Notes: generated by a model not told the origin, from the letters alone. DNA of 64,000 nucleotides from Flavobacteriales bacterium (GCA_040377305.1 JBEIPA010000011.1:96001-160000); one strand, 5' to 3'. Counted from the first letter of the stretch, positions 37,897-47,931 are shown. A program made the numbers and translations.

Positions 37897-40734
37897 TTAA
37901 TGCGCTTCCAGCCAACTCTTACCCGTTCCCATTCCCACTTCCACCGGAACTTTCAGTGGTAAAGCTTCACGCATGCATTTTTCAATTACAGGCTTAATGA
38001 TTTCGATTTCATCTTTCGGAACATCGAAAATCAATTCGTCATGCACCTGAAGCAACATACGCGTTTTGTATTTGCCTGTTGAAAGTTCTTTGTGAATGTT
38101 GATCATCGCGAGCTTGATCATATCTGCTGCTGAACCTTGAATCGGAGCGTTGATGGCATTTCGTTCTGCGAATCCACGTACGACTGCATTCGCTGAATTG
38201 ATATCGCGCAAATAACGACGACGACCGCATAACGTTTCAACGTAACCTTTGTCGCGCGCCGATTGCTGCATTGAATCCATGTAATCGCGTATGCTGCTGT
38301 ATTCACGGAAGTAATTATCGATAAGTGTTTTCGCTTCGCCACGTGAAATCTGCAAATTCTCTGCAAGTCCGAATGCGCCCTGACCGTAAATGATTCCGAA
38401 GTTTACGCTCTTCGCTTTGTAACGCATCTCTTTCGTTACTTCTGATTCAGCGATTCCGTAAACTTTCGCAGCAGTGGCGGTGTGAATGTCGATTCCTTTG
38501 TTGAACGCATCACACATTCCAGGATCACCGCTCATGCTTGCAACAATGCGCAATTCAATCTGCGAATAATCGGCGCTGAGCAAAACGTGATTTTCGTCTT
38601 TCGCAACAAACGCCGCACGGATTTTTCTTCCACGCTCGGTTCGCACAGGAATGTTTTGAAGATTCGGATTATCAGAACTCAAACGTCCGGTAGCAGCCAC
38701 AACCTGATTGAAGGAAGTATGAATGCGTCCCGTGTTCGGATGAACCATTTCAGGAAGTGTATCGACATACGTATTCTTGAGTTTTACCAATTCACGATAA
38801 TCAAGAATCTTATCTACGATCGGATGCTTTCCTGCGAGTTTCTGCAGAACATCTTCACCGGTTGCATACTGACCGGTTTTGGTTTTCTTCGGTTTGTCGC
38901 CGCCTACTTTCAAGACTTCGAAAAGAATATCACCAACCTGCTTTGGTGAAGAAATGTTGAATGGCGTTCCTGCAAGTTTCTGAATTTCTTCGTCAATGAT
39001 TGCAATTTCTTTTTCGAGCTCGGCCGAGTAGGTGTGCAATACTTCTTTATCGAGCGAAATTCCTTCACGCTCCATTGCTGCAAGCACTGGCATCAAAGGC
39101 ATTTCAATCGTATCGAAAACACCTTGAGCATTGTGTTCACTCAATCCCGGCGCAAATAGTCCTTTCAGTTGAAATGTGATGTCTGCATCTTCGCCGGCGT
39201 ACTCTGCAATTTTGTCGAGAGGAGCGTCGCGCATGGTGAGTTGCGCTTTTCCTTTTTTACCAATGAGCGTTTCAATACTCACCGGAGAATAGCTGAGATA
39301 AGTTTCAGCCAATAAATCCATTCCGTGACGCATATCGGGATTCAAAAGATAATGCGCGATCATCGTATCGAACATCGGTTCAGAAACGAGTATGTTGTAA
39401 TTCTTCAGCACACTCAGATCGTACTTGATGTTCTGTCCGATCTTCACAATGGATTTACTCTCGAGAACGGGCTTGAATTTATCAGCAATCTTTTGCGCTG
39501 CTTCTTTCTCCGCAGGCACAGGAACATACCACGCTTCCGCAGCTTTCCACGCGAATGAAAATCCGACAAGCTCTGCAGTGAGTGTATCCAGACCAGTTGT
39601 TTCTGTATCGAAGCAAACTTCCTGCAACGTCAGCATTTCTTTGACCAGGGAATCAATCTTCTCCTCTGTATCCGCGATGTGATAGGTGTGCGGAACAGTC
39701 TCAATCGTTTTTAGTGTAGTCGTTTCCGGCTCTGCTTCAGCAATACTCGCTCCGGTGTTTCCGAAAATATCAATTTGTCCCGGCTTGGTTTTGCGTCCTG
39801 CTGTTGACTCATCGTTTGTAACCGGTCCCTTGTCAGACTGCTCGTTTGTTGGTGCAGGAAGTTCTTCTCCCAACACTGTTTGTGCCAGACGACGGAATTC
39901 CAACTCGCCAAATACAGCTTTCGTTTTTTCTTTGTCTACTTCACGATAAAGCAACTCATCTGCATTGAATTCCATACCGGGAATATCAGTGATGATTGTT
40001 GCCAGCTTTTTGGAGAACACCGCCTGCTCTTTGTGATTCTCTACTTTCTCTTTCAGTTTGCCCTTCAGCTGATCTGTATTCACAATCAGATTTTCCACTG
40101 AACCGAATTGCTGAATCAAACTCATTGCGGTCTTTTCACCAACACCTGGAATTCCGGGAATGTTGTCGACAGAATCTCCCATGAGTCCGAGAATGTCAAT
40201 CACTTGTTCCGGACGTTGGATGCCATACTTCGCACAAATTTCTGCTACACCAATTTTTTCAGGAGGTCCGCCTTTGTAGCCCGGCTTGTAAATGAAAATA
40301 TTTTCCGACACGAGTTGACCGTAGTCTTTGTCGGGCGTCATCATAAATGTGGTGAATCCTTCTTTCTCTGCTTTCTTGGCGAGTGCACCAATAATGTCAT
40401 CCGCTTCCCAGCCGTCGCTCTTAATGACAGTGATGTTGAATGCTTCCAGCAAAGTAAAAATATACGGAAGTGCTTTCTGCAGATCTTCCGGCATCTCATC
40501 GCGGTTCGCTTTGTACTCGGTGTACTCAATGTGCCGATGCGTTGGCTCAGCAGTATCAAACACTACAGCAATGTGCGTTGGCTTCTCTTTCTTGAGGAGT
40601 TCAAGAAGTGTATTTGTAAATCCAAAAACAGCGGAAGTATTGAGTCCGGCAGAGTTAATGCGCGGTGCGTTAGCGAAGGCAAAATAGGCACGGTAGATCA
40701 GTGCGAATGCATCGAGGAGAAACAGCTTTTTCAT
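37897..40734 (-). CDS. polA: DNA polymerase I
   Basis: LFLLDAFALIYRAYFA, FDTETTG, TGRLSSDNPNLQNIP, ADYSQIELR, QVHDEL; start reassigned to MKKLFLLD at 40734. Confidence 0.98.
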   Translation of the reverse strand: MKKLFLLDAFALIYRAYFAFANAPRINSAGLNTSAVFGFTNTLLELLKKEKPTHIAVVFDTAEPTHRHIEYTEYKANRDEMPEDLQKALPYIFTLLEAFNITVIKSDGWEADDIIGALAKKAEKEGFTTFMMTPDKDYGQLVSENIFIYKPGYKGGPPEKIGVAEICAKYGIQRPEQVIDILGLMGDSVDNIPGIPGVGEKTAMSLIQQFGSVENLIVNTDQLKGKLKEKVENHKEQAVFSKKLATIITDIPGMEFNADELLYREVDKEKTKAVFGELEFRRLAQTVLGEELPAPTNEQSDKGPVTNDESTAGRKTKPGQIDIFGNTGASIAEAEPETTTLKTIETVPHTYHIADTEEKIDSLVKEMLTLQEVCFDTETTGLDTLTAELVGFSFAWKAAEAWYVPVPAEKEAAQKIADKFKPVLESKSIVKIGQNIKYDLSVLKNYNILVSEPMFDTMIAHYLLNPDMRHGMDLLAETYLSYSPVSIETLIGKKGKAQLTMRDAPLDKIAEYAGEDADITFQLKGLFAPGLSEHNAQGVFDTIEMPLMPVLAAMEREGISLDKEVLHTYSAELEKEIAIIDEEIQKLAGTPFNISSPKQVGDILFEVLKVGGDKPKKTKTGQYATGEDVLQKLAGKHPIVDKILDYRELVKLKNTYVDTLPEMVHPNTGRIHTSFNQVVAATGRLSSDNPNLQNIPVRTERGRKIRAAFVAKDENHVLLSADYSQIELRIVASMSGDPGMCDAFNKGIDIHTATAAKVYGIAESEVTKEMRYKAKSVNFGIIYGQGAFGLAENLQISRGEAKTLIDNYFREYSSIRDYMDSMQQSARDKGYVETLCGRRRYLRDINSANAVVRGFAERNAINAPIQGSAADMIKLAMINIHKELSTGKYKTRMLLQVHDELIFDVPKDEIEIIKPVIEKCMREALPLKVPVEVGMGTGKSWLEAH

Positions 40735-40757
40735 CACTACAAATGTAGCCACGATGT

Positions 40758-41370
40758 GGCTGCTTAACCACGGCGTCACAGCGAGCACGGCTAAAAAATT
40801 TAGTTTTATCCGTTTTCAAACGTTTGTTACCGACTAATGCGAAAAACACGATTTACGTTTGCAGAATAACCTTTAAACCTTAATAATATGAAAGTCCAGA
40901 AACCAGAATTTATGAGAGAGAATCACGAAATCGGAGCAAACTTTACTGTTGACGAAGATTGGGACCATTTAACTACAAAAATCATGGATGCATGTTTCGC
41001 TGTGCATCGTGAAATGGGACCAGGTTTAAAAGAGGAGATTTACCAAGCCTGCCTTTTGAAAGAGTTTGAGTTGAGAGAAATCAAGTTCGAGTGTCAGGTA
41101 AGAGTTCCAATGCTTTACAAAGGACACGATTTGAAGAAGCATTTGATTCTCGATTTGCTTGTTGAGGATAGGATTATTCTTGAGCTGAAAGCAACGGAGG
41201 AAATCACAGGATTGTTTCAAGCGCAACTGTTGAGTTACCTGAAGCTCACCAATCGTAAAATTGGTTACATCGTCAACTTCAATGTTTCAATGCTCAAGAC
41301 GGGCATCAAGCGAATGAAGAACGGATACTAACAAAAGCCGTGCTCGCCGTGCCGCCGTGGTAAAGCCGCC
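40758..41370. mobile_element. Putative GxxExxY cassette bounded by 35-bp inverted repeats
   Basis: 40758-40792 GGCTGCTTAACCACGGCGTCACAGCGAGCACGGCT versus the reverse complement of 41336-41370: 31/35 identical. Mobility is inferred. Confidence 0.55.
40888..41331 (+). CDS. GxxExxY protein (PD-(D/E)XK nuclease fold)
   Basis: VHREMGPGLKEEIY, LDLLVEDRIILELKA, AQLLSYLK, GYIVNFN. Confidence 0.92.
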   Translation: MKVQKPEFMRENHEIGANFTVDEDWDHLTTKIMDACFAVHREMGPGLKEEIYQACLLKEFELREIKFECQVRVPMLYKGHDLKKHLILDLLVEDRIILELKATEEITGLFQAQLLSYLKLTNRKIGYIVNFNVSMLKTGIKRMKNGY

Positions 41371-41452
41371 GGCATGGCCGGCACAGGTAACCAGAAGCCC
41401 CTAAACATTGCTGTTTAAGGGCCTCGGCGGAAACTACTACTAAGGGAAACTC

Positions 41453-42043
41453 TTACTTGGTGCCTTTCTGCCCTTCGTGTTCAGAAGCGTACCAGTCATT
41501 ATATTCTTCGATCACCGACTGCATGTCTTTGATCTCGTATTTCTTGTCTTCAGACTCGATGCGTGCAACGAGTTCGCTGTTGTCGGCCATCATTTCAGAA
41601 ACTGTTTTCTTAAAGTGATTGCCTTTTAACTTCTTCAGGCTCTTCGATTCGCCTTCTGTATTTTCAACATAGAAGTCTTTTTCAACTTCTGTCTGTTCGC
41701 CGTGGTAAACTTCAAATTGCCACTCGAAAAGATTGATCTTCCCTGCGGACACTAATTTAAGAAAAACCAGCTCCTTGTCCATAGAACGACTTAGAAATCT
41801 CACGCCTTCGTATGAGAATTCTTTCACGTCCTCCGGCTTGTAATTTTTCTGGACTCCTTCCGCATTTTTAAGAGTCACTTTCGTGAACAATGGGAGCTCC
41901 TTTTTCGTGTTGTATTTGATTTCGCCTTTCAGCGTATCGCCATTGGTCAGGATCACATAACCCTGTTTCCACACTAATTCAGCCTTTGCTGCTGTAAACG
42001 AACCCAGAACGAGTAGCAGGACGAGAGTAAGGTGTTTCTTCAT
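41453..42043 (-). CDS. Hypothetical exported protein
   Basis: Signal peptide from MKKHLTL; GYVILTNGDTLKG motif; terminator-like hairpin near 41397-41423. Confidence 0.7.
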   Translation of the reverse strand: MKKHLTLVLLLVLGSFTAAKAELVWKQGYVILTNGDTLKGEIKYNTKKELPLFTKVTLKNAEGVQKNYKPEDVKEFSYEGVRFLSRSMDKELVFLKLVSAGKINLFEWQFEVYHGEQTEVEKDFYVENTEGESKSLKKLKGNHFKKTVSEMMADNSELVARIESEDKKYEIKDMQSVIEEYNDWYASEHEGQKGTK

Positions 42044-42143
42044 TGCAGCCCAAATTAAGGTCATAAAGGCCTGAATTCAAAGGTGATGTTAGGAACTGTG
42101 TCGAAATGTTGAAAAGTGGGGGAATTGTGGATAACCCGGGGTT

Positions 42144-42176
42144 TAACCCTGCAAGAGTTTAACCCTTGCAGGGTTA
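42144..42176. repeat. REP-like palindrome (AACCCTGCAAGGG family)
   Basis: TAACCCTGCAAGAG-TTTAA-CCCTTGCAGGGTTA; overlaps the stop codon of the MBL gene. Confidence 0.8.
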
Positions 42177-43262
42177 GCCTTTCCACCATTCCCGAAACGC
42201 CTGTCCCGATTGCTTCAAAAACACCTTTTCACCAATCATCGGTGTCGCCATCTCAATATCACTGTTCTTGTTCGCTTCAGCCACACGATTCAAAGGCTCA
42301 TCCCAGGGGTGATTGCCCAGCGCAAATTTTGCCGAATGAACAGGAATAAAGCGTGATGCATTCAATTCTTTCGCAACCTGCACTACTTCTTCTGGCAAAG
42401 TATGGATAAGCTGCCAGCTCATGTCGTACTGACCATTTTCCAGAATGGCAAGATCAAACGGACCAAATTTCTTACCGATATCTGCAAAATGTGTGTCATA
42501 ACCACTGTCTCCACCGATGAAAATATTCATGGTTGGTGTTTTAAAAACGAATGACATCCACAAAGCGCGGTTGCGCACAAAACCTCTACCACTGAAATGT
42601 CGTGCTGGAGTCGCGTGCACAACAAATCCGTCGCCGAGATCTTCTGTCTCGTGCCAGTCTTTTTCAACGATGATTTCCGGATCATATCCCCATCGTTCGA
42701 AATGCGCACCTGTTCCAAGGCCGGTGATTATTTTACTAACTCGCGGTTTTATTTCGATCAGAGTTTTGTAATCGATGTGATCCCAATGATCGTGTGAGAT
42801 AAAAAGATAGTCGATCTCCGGAATGTCGGATGCGCGGTAAGCACCTGTGCCTTTGAATTCACGCGTGGTAAATGCAAGAGGTGATGCTGCGCCACTTAAT
42901 ACAGGATCAACCAATATTTTCTTCCCGTCAATTTGCATGAAGTACGAGGAATGACCGAACCACACGAGTACATCTTCGTTCAGTGGTAACGATTTCAGAT
43001 CCGTTTTAACATGTGGAATTTCTTTGGCAGGAACGCGATGTGGTTTTGAAGAAAGGATTTCACGCATCACCGTGTAATAGTTTGCGCCATTCGTCAGATC
43101 AGGAGTTACGCTCAGGTTGTGAAACTTTCCATCGCGGAAGTGTGGCGATTCACGAATACGTTCAAGCCGTTTTCCTTTTGGCGCACTTCCGAATTTCGGT
43201 TGTTGCATGAAGAGATAAACGATGAGGACGAAAAGTAGTATAACGGAAAGAGTAATGAGCAC
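42174..43262 (-). CDS. MBL-fold metallo-hydrolase (RomA/NAPE-PLD-like)
   Basis: WFGHSS, ISHDHWDHID, PARHFSGR, GGDSGY, ENGQY; N-terminal anchor. Confidence 0.88.
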   Translation of the reverse strand: MLITLSVILLFVLIVYLFMQQPKFGSAPKGKRLERIRESPHFRDGKFHNLSVTPDLTNGANYYTVMREILSSKPHRVPAKEIPHVKTDLKSLPLNEDVLVWFGHSSYFMQIDGKKILVDPVLSGAASPLAFTTREFKGTGAYRASDIPEIDYLFISHDHWDHIDYKTLIEIKPRVSKIITGLGTGAHFERWGYDPEIIVEKDWHETEDLGDGFVVHATPARHFSGRGFVRNRALWMSFVFKTPTMNIFIGGDSGYDTHFADIGKKFGPFDLAILENGQYDMSWQLIHTLPEEVVQVAKELNASRFIPVHSAKFALGNHPWDEPLNRVAEANKNSDIEMATPMIGEKVFLKQSGQAFREWWKG

Positions 43263-43323
43263 GATGGTGTTTTTGGTGGCTTTAGTATAGTCGTGAATGA
43301 GGGTGAAATATTGTAGTCTTGGG

Positions 43324-43480
43324 CATAACCCTGCAAGGGTTAATCCCTTGCAGGGTTATGCGCGCGCGCGAGTTACAACGATTTTTTCGCAATAGTCGGG
43401 AGTAAACGTTTGAAAACGGATGTGGTTGATGAATTAGGCACCCTCCAAGGGTTTAACCCTTGCAGCGTTAACCCTGCAGG
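43324..43480. repeat. Two further AACCCTGCAAGGG-family palindromes
   Basis: CATAACCCTGCAAGGG-TTAAT-CCCTTGCAGGGTTATG 43324-43360; degenerate copy 43440-43480. Confidence 0.8.
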
Positions 43481-43509
43481 ATCCGCCGCGGCGGAAAACG
43501 CTTGCGGGG

Positions 43510-44076
43510 TTACCAAACATTCTTTTCAGAATTACTCCCGCCAATATTATAGGTGTAAACAACGCCCATCCCATGACACAGGTACCCGCAAACCGTCTCG
43601 GTCAAGGTAGTATCGTTTTGAATGTACTCCATCTTGATGCTGCAATCGTTCTCAATGTTAATCCAAACAGTTTCACGTCCCCCAGGCTTCAGGTGTTCAA
43701 TGATCTGATCTTCACAACCGGTGATATTGACTTGCTCAATCTCTTCTAGCGTTTGATTTACAAAAGTGATGCGCGCAATATCAGACAAACGCGCTCCTGC
43801 CCACAAACAAACAATCGCCAAAGGAATATTGAAAAGCTGAAAGAGAATTGTTGTGATTCCGATTCTTCTGACTGATGAATTTTTTGCCATGACAACGCCC
43901 AGAATCACTAATGCAATCAGATTCACCAGGCCTAAAAGCAGCATGGAGAAATATCCGATGAACGCGTAGAGGAAATCGCCGCTGAAAAAGTACAACGCAA
44001 AAATTGTTGCCGCGGTGAGGAATGAAACCACAGCGGTATAGAAGGAGAGACGGACGGCGATGTGGTGTTTTTTCAT
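43510..44076 (-). CDS. Hypothetical membrane protein
   Basis: Three TM helices plus a Cys-containing soluble domain. Confidence 0.65.
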   Translation of the reverse strand: MKKHHIAVRLSFYTAVVSFLTAATIFALYFFSGDFLYAFIGYFSMLLLGLVNLIALVILGVVMAKNSSVRRIGITTILFQLFNIPLAIVCLWAGARLSDIARITFVNQTLEEIEQVNITGCEDQIIEHLKPGGRETVWINIENDCSIKMEYIQNDTTLTETVCGYLCHGMGVVYTYNIGGSNSEKNVW

Positions 44077-44089
44077 AATAGTTTATCGG

Positions 44090-44743
44090 CTAATAACCAT
44101 AAGGCGGAGTCCATTCCTCCCAATTGTTCAAAGCAATCTGTGCCCGATGATTCAGGATCCCGTTTTGAGCGGATGCGGCATCCTGGTCACCATTGTTTGC
44201 CGCGGCAATAACAATGGTCACTGCTTTTTCGCTTGCATCTGTTGCCGCGTCGTATTCACCGCTGCTGTATAGAAACCAACTGTATTTATCCCAAGCGTAA
44301 TAATTGAATTCACGTGACTCTGCGTACAATACGGAGTTCAGATTGAAGAGATAATAAATGTGATGCGACGGGAGGAAAGAGAGCCACATGCAAAAAAGGA
44401 TGTACGCTGAAAGCACAAATTGCGGCAGCCTGAATCCGGTTCTTTTCATCGCAAGAATAAGGATCCAGCCAATGGAAATTGCGATCGCAACCAAACGCAC
44501 TTTATCAGAATAGGTCCAGTATTGAATACGGAAAAGAAAATAAGTGGTCCAGCTCCAGAACGAAAAATGGAGAAGCACGGTCACGATATCGGTCTTACTA
44601 TTTTTAATTGCGAAAGTCGTCGCATGAATCATTAACAGCAGAACCGAAATAATCAGCAGTAATGCCGAGCCCGGCCAATGTGCAAATCGCATGATTAGCG
44701 CAACGCCGAATAGCGACCAGGAGATGATGAGAAATTTTTTCAT
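44090..44743 (-). CDS. Hypothetical membrane protein with GldL-like N-terminal HWPG motif
   Basis: FGVALIMRFAHWPGS; about five TM helices; TPR-like tail. Confidence 0.6.
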   Translation of the reverse strand: MKKFLIISWSLFGVALIMRFAHWPGSALLLIISVLLLMIHATTFAIKNSKTDIVTVLLHFSFWSWTTYFLFRIQYWTYSDKVRLVAIAISIGWILILAMKRTGFRLPQFVLSAYILFCMWLSFLPSHHIYYLFNLNSVLYAESREFNYYAWDKYSWFLYSSGEYDAATDASEKAVTIVIAAANNGDQDAASAQNGILNHRAQIALNNWEEWTPPYGY

Positions 44744-44746
44744 GTC

Positions 44747-45244
44747 TTAATTCTGTAACGCTTGGCATTCGAACAACTTTGCCATATCCTTCTTTGCAAT
44801 CCCGGCCTCGATCAGAAACGGAACCGTAAAGAACAGGTATCCACCGACAAGCATCCCGATTGGAATGACCAATCCTACGGGATTTACCAGTCGGTAATAA
44901 GTAAACGATGAAACAACCGCGAAGAGCAGAACACCGAAAAACACCGCACCAAATACCATCACAAGTGTGTGCAAGCGCATTTTGATTTCGATTTTCGTTC
45001 CGGTTGGCTGAACAGAAATTGTTCCGGAGATCATAGGCAGAAACGAATTCCTGTAAGCGATTGCCCTCGCAAGATCAAATTTGTTTCCCCGCAACTCCCC
45101 ATTGTATCCGCTGATTTTGATGTTCGGATAATACTTCACCTTGAACGCATTTGCAGCACGCGTCAGACAATTCAAGCGATTGCGGATTTCATTCTCGCTG
45201 AGCGGGGAATTGTAGGTGTACTTGCGGTAAGGGAGGAGGTTCAT
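44747..45244 (-). CDS. Hypothetical membrane protein
   Basis: YRNSFLP.ISG motif and two C-terminal TM helices. Confidence 0.65.
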   Translation of the reverse strand: MNLLPYRKYTYNSPLSENEIRNRLNCLTRAANAFKVKYYPNIKISGYNGELRGNKFDLARAIAYRNSFLPMISGTISVQPTGTKIEIKMRLHTLVMVFGAVFFGVLLFAVVSSFTYYRLVNPVGLVIPIGMLVGGYLFFTVPFLIEAGIAKKDMAKLFECQALQN

Positions 45245-45252
45245 TTTTGCAA

Positions 45253-46827
45253 CTAATTCAGCTCTCGTAAAGTAGAATCAATTGACTCTTTGGTGCTTTT
45301 GATCAAAGTCAATTCATAATCACCTTTCTCTGCCAACTCAATTTCTTTCGAAACGAAATATGGAATCCCGTCTTTATACGCCACGGCTATCAACGTAGCA
45401 CGTTCACCAACCGGAAGTCGCACAGTTTTTACAGGCTGAAATCCGAAACGGTATTGTCCATCGTCTGTCGTATACGCGTTCAAGGCTAGTTTCCTCCAAT
45501 TGAGAATCAATGTCAACGACACATACTTGAATTCTGTGCTATTACTTATCTTGGTCAGAAGTTCAATGTCTTTTGCTTCTGGCTCATTGAGAAATCGATC
45601 GCAATTGATCCACCCGAGTTTTGCAACCTCGAAAGAATTCCGAACAAGTTTTTCAGTTCCATCGGAATCTTTTTTCTCTGCAATAAGTCGCTTACGTACT
45701 CGATATGCGTTGAGAATTTCTGTGATTTCAGAATCCGTTTTCCCCGACTTCTGTAATTGTTCTCGTGCGTTAGAAGCGTCCAAATTTACTCCCGATGTAA
45801 TTGCAATACAGGATGTATTGCGCTGGTCAATGAAGGCTTGAAAAATCTCTAGCAGGGGTTTCCCTACTCCATCTCCATATTTACCCCAATCTCTGATCGT
45901 CGGTTTGTCAGACCACGATTTGATGTAAGCGTATGCAAGGGAATCGCAATACCATAGTTCCTTATCCAAATTATTCAGGTAGATATTTAAGACTGCGGAG
46001 TCGGCTATCATTCTACCCGTCATTGCACTTGAAGTTTCAAAACTTGTATAATGACCAATGGCCCACTGAGCAGATTGAATCATGTTAAAACGAGACTCGA
46101 ACTCACGAGTCGCTATAAATGTATTTTCGAGGACTGCTCTTTTCAAATTCAGACTATCAACTGTTTCGCTTCCGTCTGGAACACTATACGACCAACTCTC
46201 ATGATAGTAATCTTCCTTTTTGAAGTCAAACGACTTCCAATAGGAGTAATCAAACATTTCGAGTGGTAGGCAAATCATTTTATTTTCTGGTTTCCCACTT
46301 ACGGTCCAAGTGATATTGCCAGTTGAATCATACGACCCGGAAAAAATCTTAACACCAGGTTTTGATCGTCGAGTCGGCAATTCAATGCTCAATGTTTTAT
46401 CCGTTCCTAACGCAACTGACTGATTGTTCGCTTTAGCATCAATGAACAACATGCCCTCTGATTCCAGAATTTGTCCATCACAAACCGTTTGCATGTTACT
46501 GCGGATGATGTCGTTTGCACTGAGCACTTCTATCATCTTGATTTCTATAGGCCCAGTAACTGGCTTACCGTCTGATCCAATAAAACTGTTTTGCGCAACG
46601 AAAACTGTTGTGCCACCTTTACCGACTAAAAGCGTGTCATCGCTTGCATCCACTGAGAAGTTTTGTGTCTCCGGTCGAAATGATGCGAATGCTGCTTCAC
46701 GTGCAGAATCCGGAAACGCGATTCTGTCTTCGATTATAATTGGCTGAGAATTGTCTTCACTAGCGGGATCGCTACCGCATGAGAATAGAATGATGGACAC
46801 TAATACAACAATAGAAATTGTTTTCAT
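45253..46827 (-). CDS. Hypothetical lipoprotein (GWxNCD family, related to 53837-54793)
   Basis: Lipobox LFSC; NSF..VTG..IEV..G..LES.GM and LGWINCDRF. Confidence 0.75.
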   Translation of the reverse strand: MKTISIVVLVSIILFSCGSDPASEDNSQPIIIEDRIAFPDSAREAAFASFRPETQNFSVDASDDTLLVGKGGTTVFVAQNSFIGSDGKPVTGPIEIKMIEVLSANDIIRSNMQTVCDGQILESEGMLFIDAKANNQSVALGTDKTLSIELPTRRSKPGVKIFSGSYDSTGNITWTVSGKPENKMICLPLEMFDYSYWKSFDFKKEDYYHESWSYSVPDGSETVDSLNLKRAVLENTFIATREFESRFNMIQSAQWAIGHYTSFETSSAMTGRMIADSAVLNIYLNNLDKELWYCDSLAYAYIKSWSDKPTIRDWGKYGDGVGKPLLEIFQAFIDQRNTSCIAITSGVNLDASNAREQLQKSGKTDSEITEILNAYRVRKRLIAEKKDSDGTEKLVRNSFEVAKLGWINCDRFLNEPEAKDIELLTKISNSTEFKYVSLTLILNWRKLALNAYTTDDGQYRFGFQPVKTVRLPVGERATLIAVAYKDGIPYFVSKEIELAEKGDYELTLIKSTKESIDSTLRELN

Positions 46828-46893
46828 AGACGAGATAGTTCTAAATTTAGCACCCGACCGCTGTGACTGCCAACTGCACTACCGCCCGACTGC

Positions 46894-47931
46894 CTACTGG
46901 TTGGGCATCTCATTATACAGCACATCAATCACCACTCTCCCCACCGCATCCAACGAAGCAGGATCAATGTTGTCCATGTTGTCGGTGTGACGATGATGTG
47001 TAGGACCGTAATCCTGTTCGCTTGGATCGTAGTGAACGATGTCAATGCACGGAATACCTGCGAGCTGAATGATAAAGCGATTGTCGTCGATCGTTTCGCC
47101 GGTTACACTATTCACGAAGTAAGCTCCGTAACCAAGATCTTTTGCGGCGTTCCAGACTTTCTCAACCACGTTTGATGCGTAGCGAACAGAAGTTCCTTCA
47201 CGAGGAAAGACCGCACCTTTTGCGCCAACCATGTCGAGGAGAATTCCATAACGAACGGTTTTCGCATACTCCGGCTTCACACTCTGTGCCCAGTATTGCG
47301 AACCGAGACACCAGGAAGTTTCTGCGCCACCAGAATTGCCTTGATCTTCTGCATCCACAAAAAGAAAGTCAACACCAATGTTCGGATCTTTTTCGTTGAT
47401 GGTACGTGCGATTTCCAACAACACGGAAACTCCACTTGCACCATCGTTCGCGCCATCAATAGGTTCACCCTGTCTTTCATCATCGCGATCGGCAATGTAA
47501 CGTGTGTCCCAATGTGCAACGAGAAGAATTCGTTCAGTACGTTCTGGTTTGTACTGTGCGAAAATATTTTTCATCGTCACCATTTTGCCCATGGTGGTGG
47601 TGGGCGCTTCCTGCATGACAACCGTGTCGACGTACGAATTCATCTTCGCGAAAATCCAATCAGCACATTTCGCGTGCTCCGGCGTTCCCGGTACGCGTGG
47701 ACCGAAATCAACTTGTGTCTGTGTAAATGCCATTGCAGAATCAGGATTGAATTCAGGGCCGGCAATGCGAGGAACTTTTGGAACATTCGAATCACCGCAA
47801 GTATCGCAAGGAGGATCTTTCGGATCAACCGGACTGCACGACAAATACGGAAGCAACATCACGCTAACGAAAAGTGCGAGCAAAGACAGAATAATTATCG
47901 ATCGCTTTCGCGGACTATTCATCATCATCAT
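46894..47931 (-). CDS. M28-family zinc enzyme, probable glutaminyl cyclase
   Basis: GPRVPGT, AHWDTR, GANDGASG, DAEDQG, LLDMVG; lipobox-like YLSC. Confidence 0.8.
   Translation of the reverse strand: MMMMNSPRKRSIIILSLLALFVSVMLLPYLSCSPVDPKDPPCDTCGDSNVPKVPRIAGPEFNPDSAMAFTQTQVDFGPRVPGTPEHAKCADWIFAKMNSYVDTVVMQEAPTTTMGKMVTMKNIFAQYKPERTERILLVAHWDTRYIADRDDERQGEPIDGANDGASGVSVLLEIARTINEKDPNIGVDFLFVDAEDQGNSGGAETSWCLGSQYWAQSVKPEYAKTVRYGILLDMVGAKGAVFPREGTSVRYASNVVEKVWNAAKDLGYGAYFVNSVTGETIDDNRFIIQLAGIPCIDIVHYDPSEQDYGPTHHRHTDNMDNIDPASLDAVGRVVIDVLYNEMPNQ

Noticed and set aside
40735-40788. N-terminal extension of PolA
   Set aside because: It lies in the GxxExxY left IR and promoter; the canonical start is MKKLFLLD.
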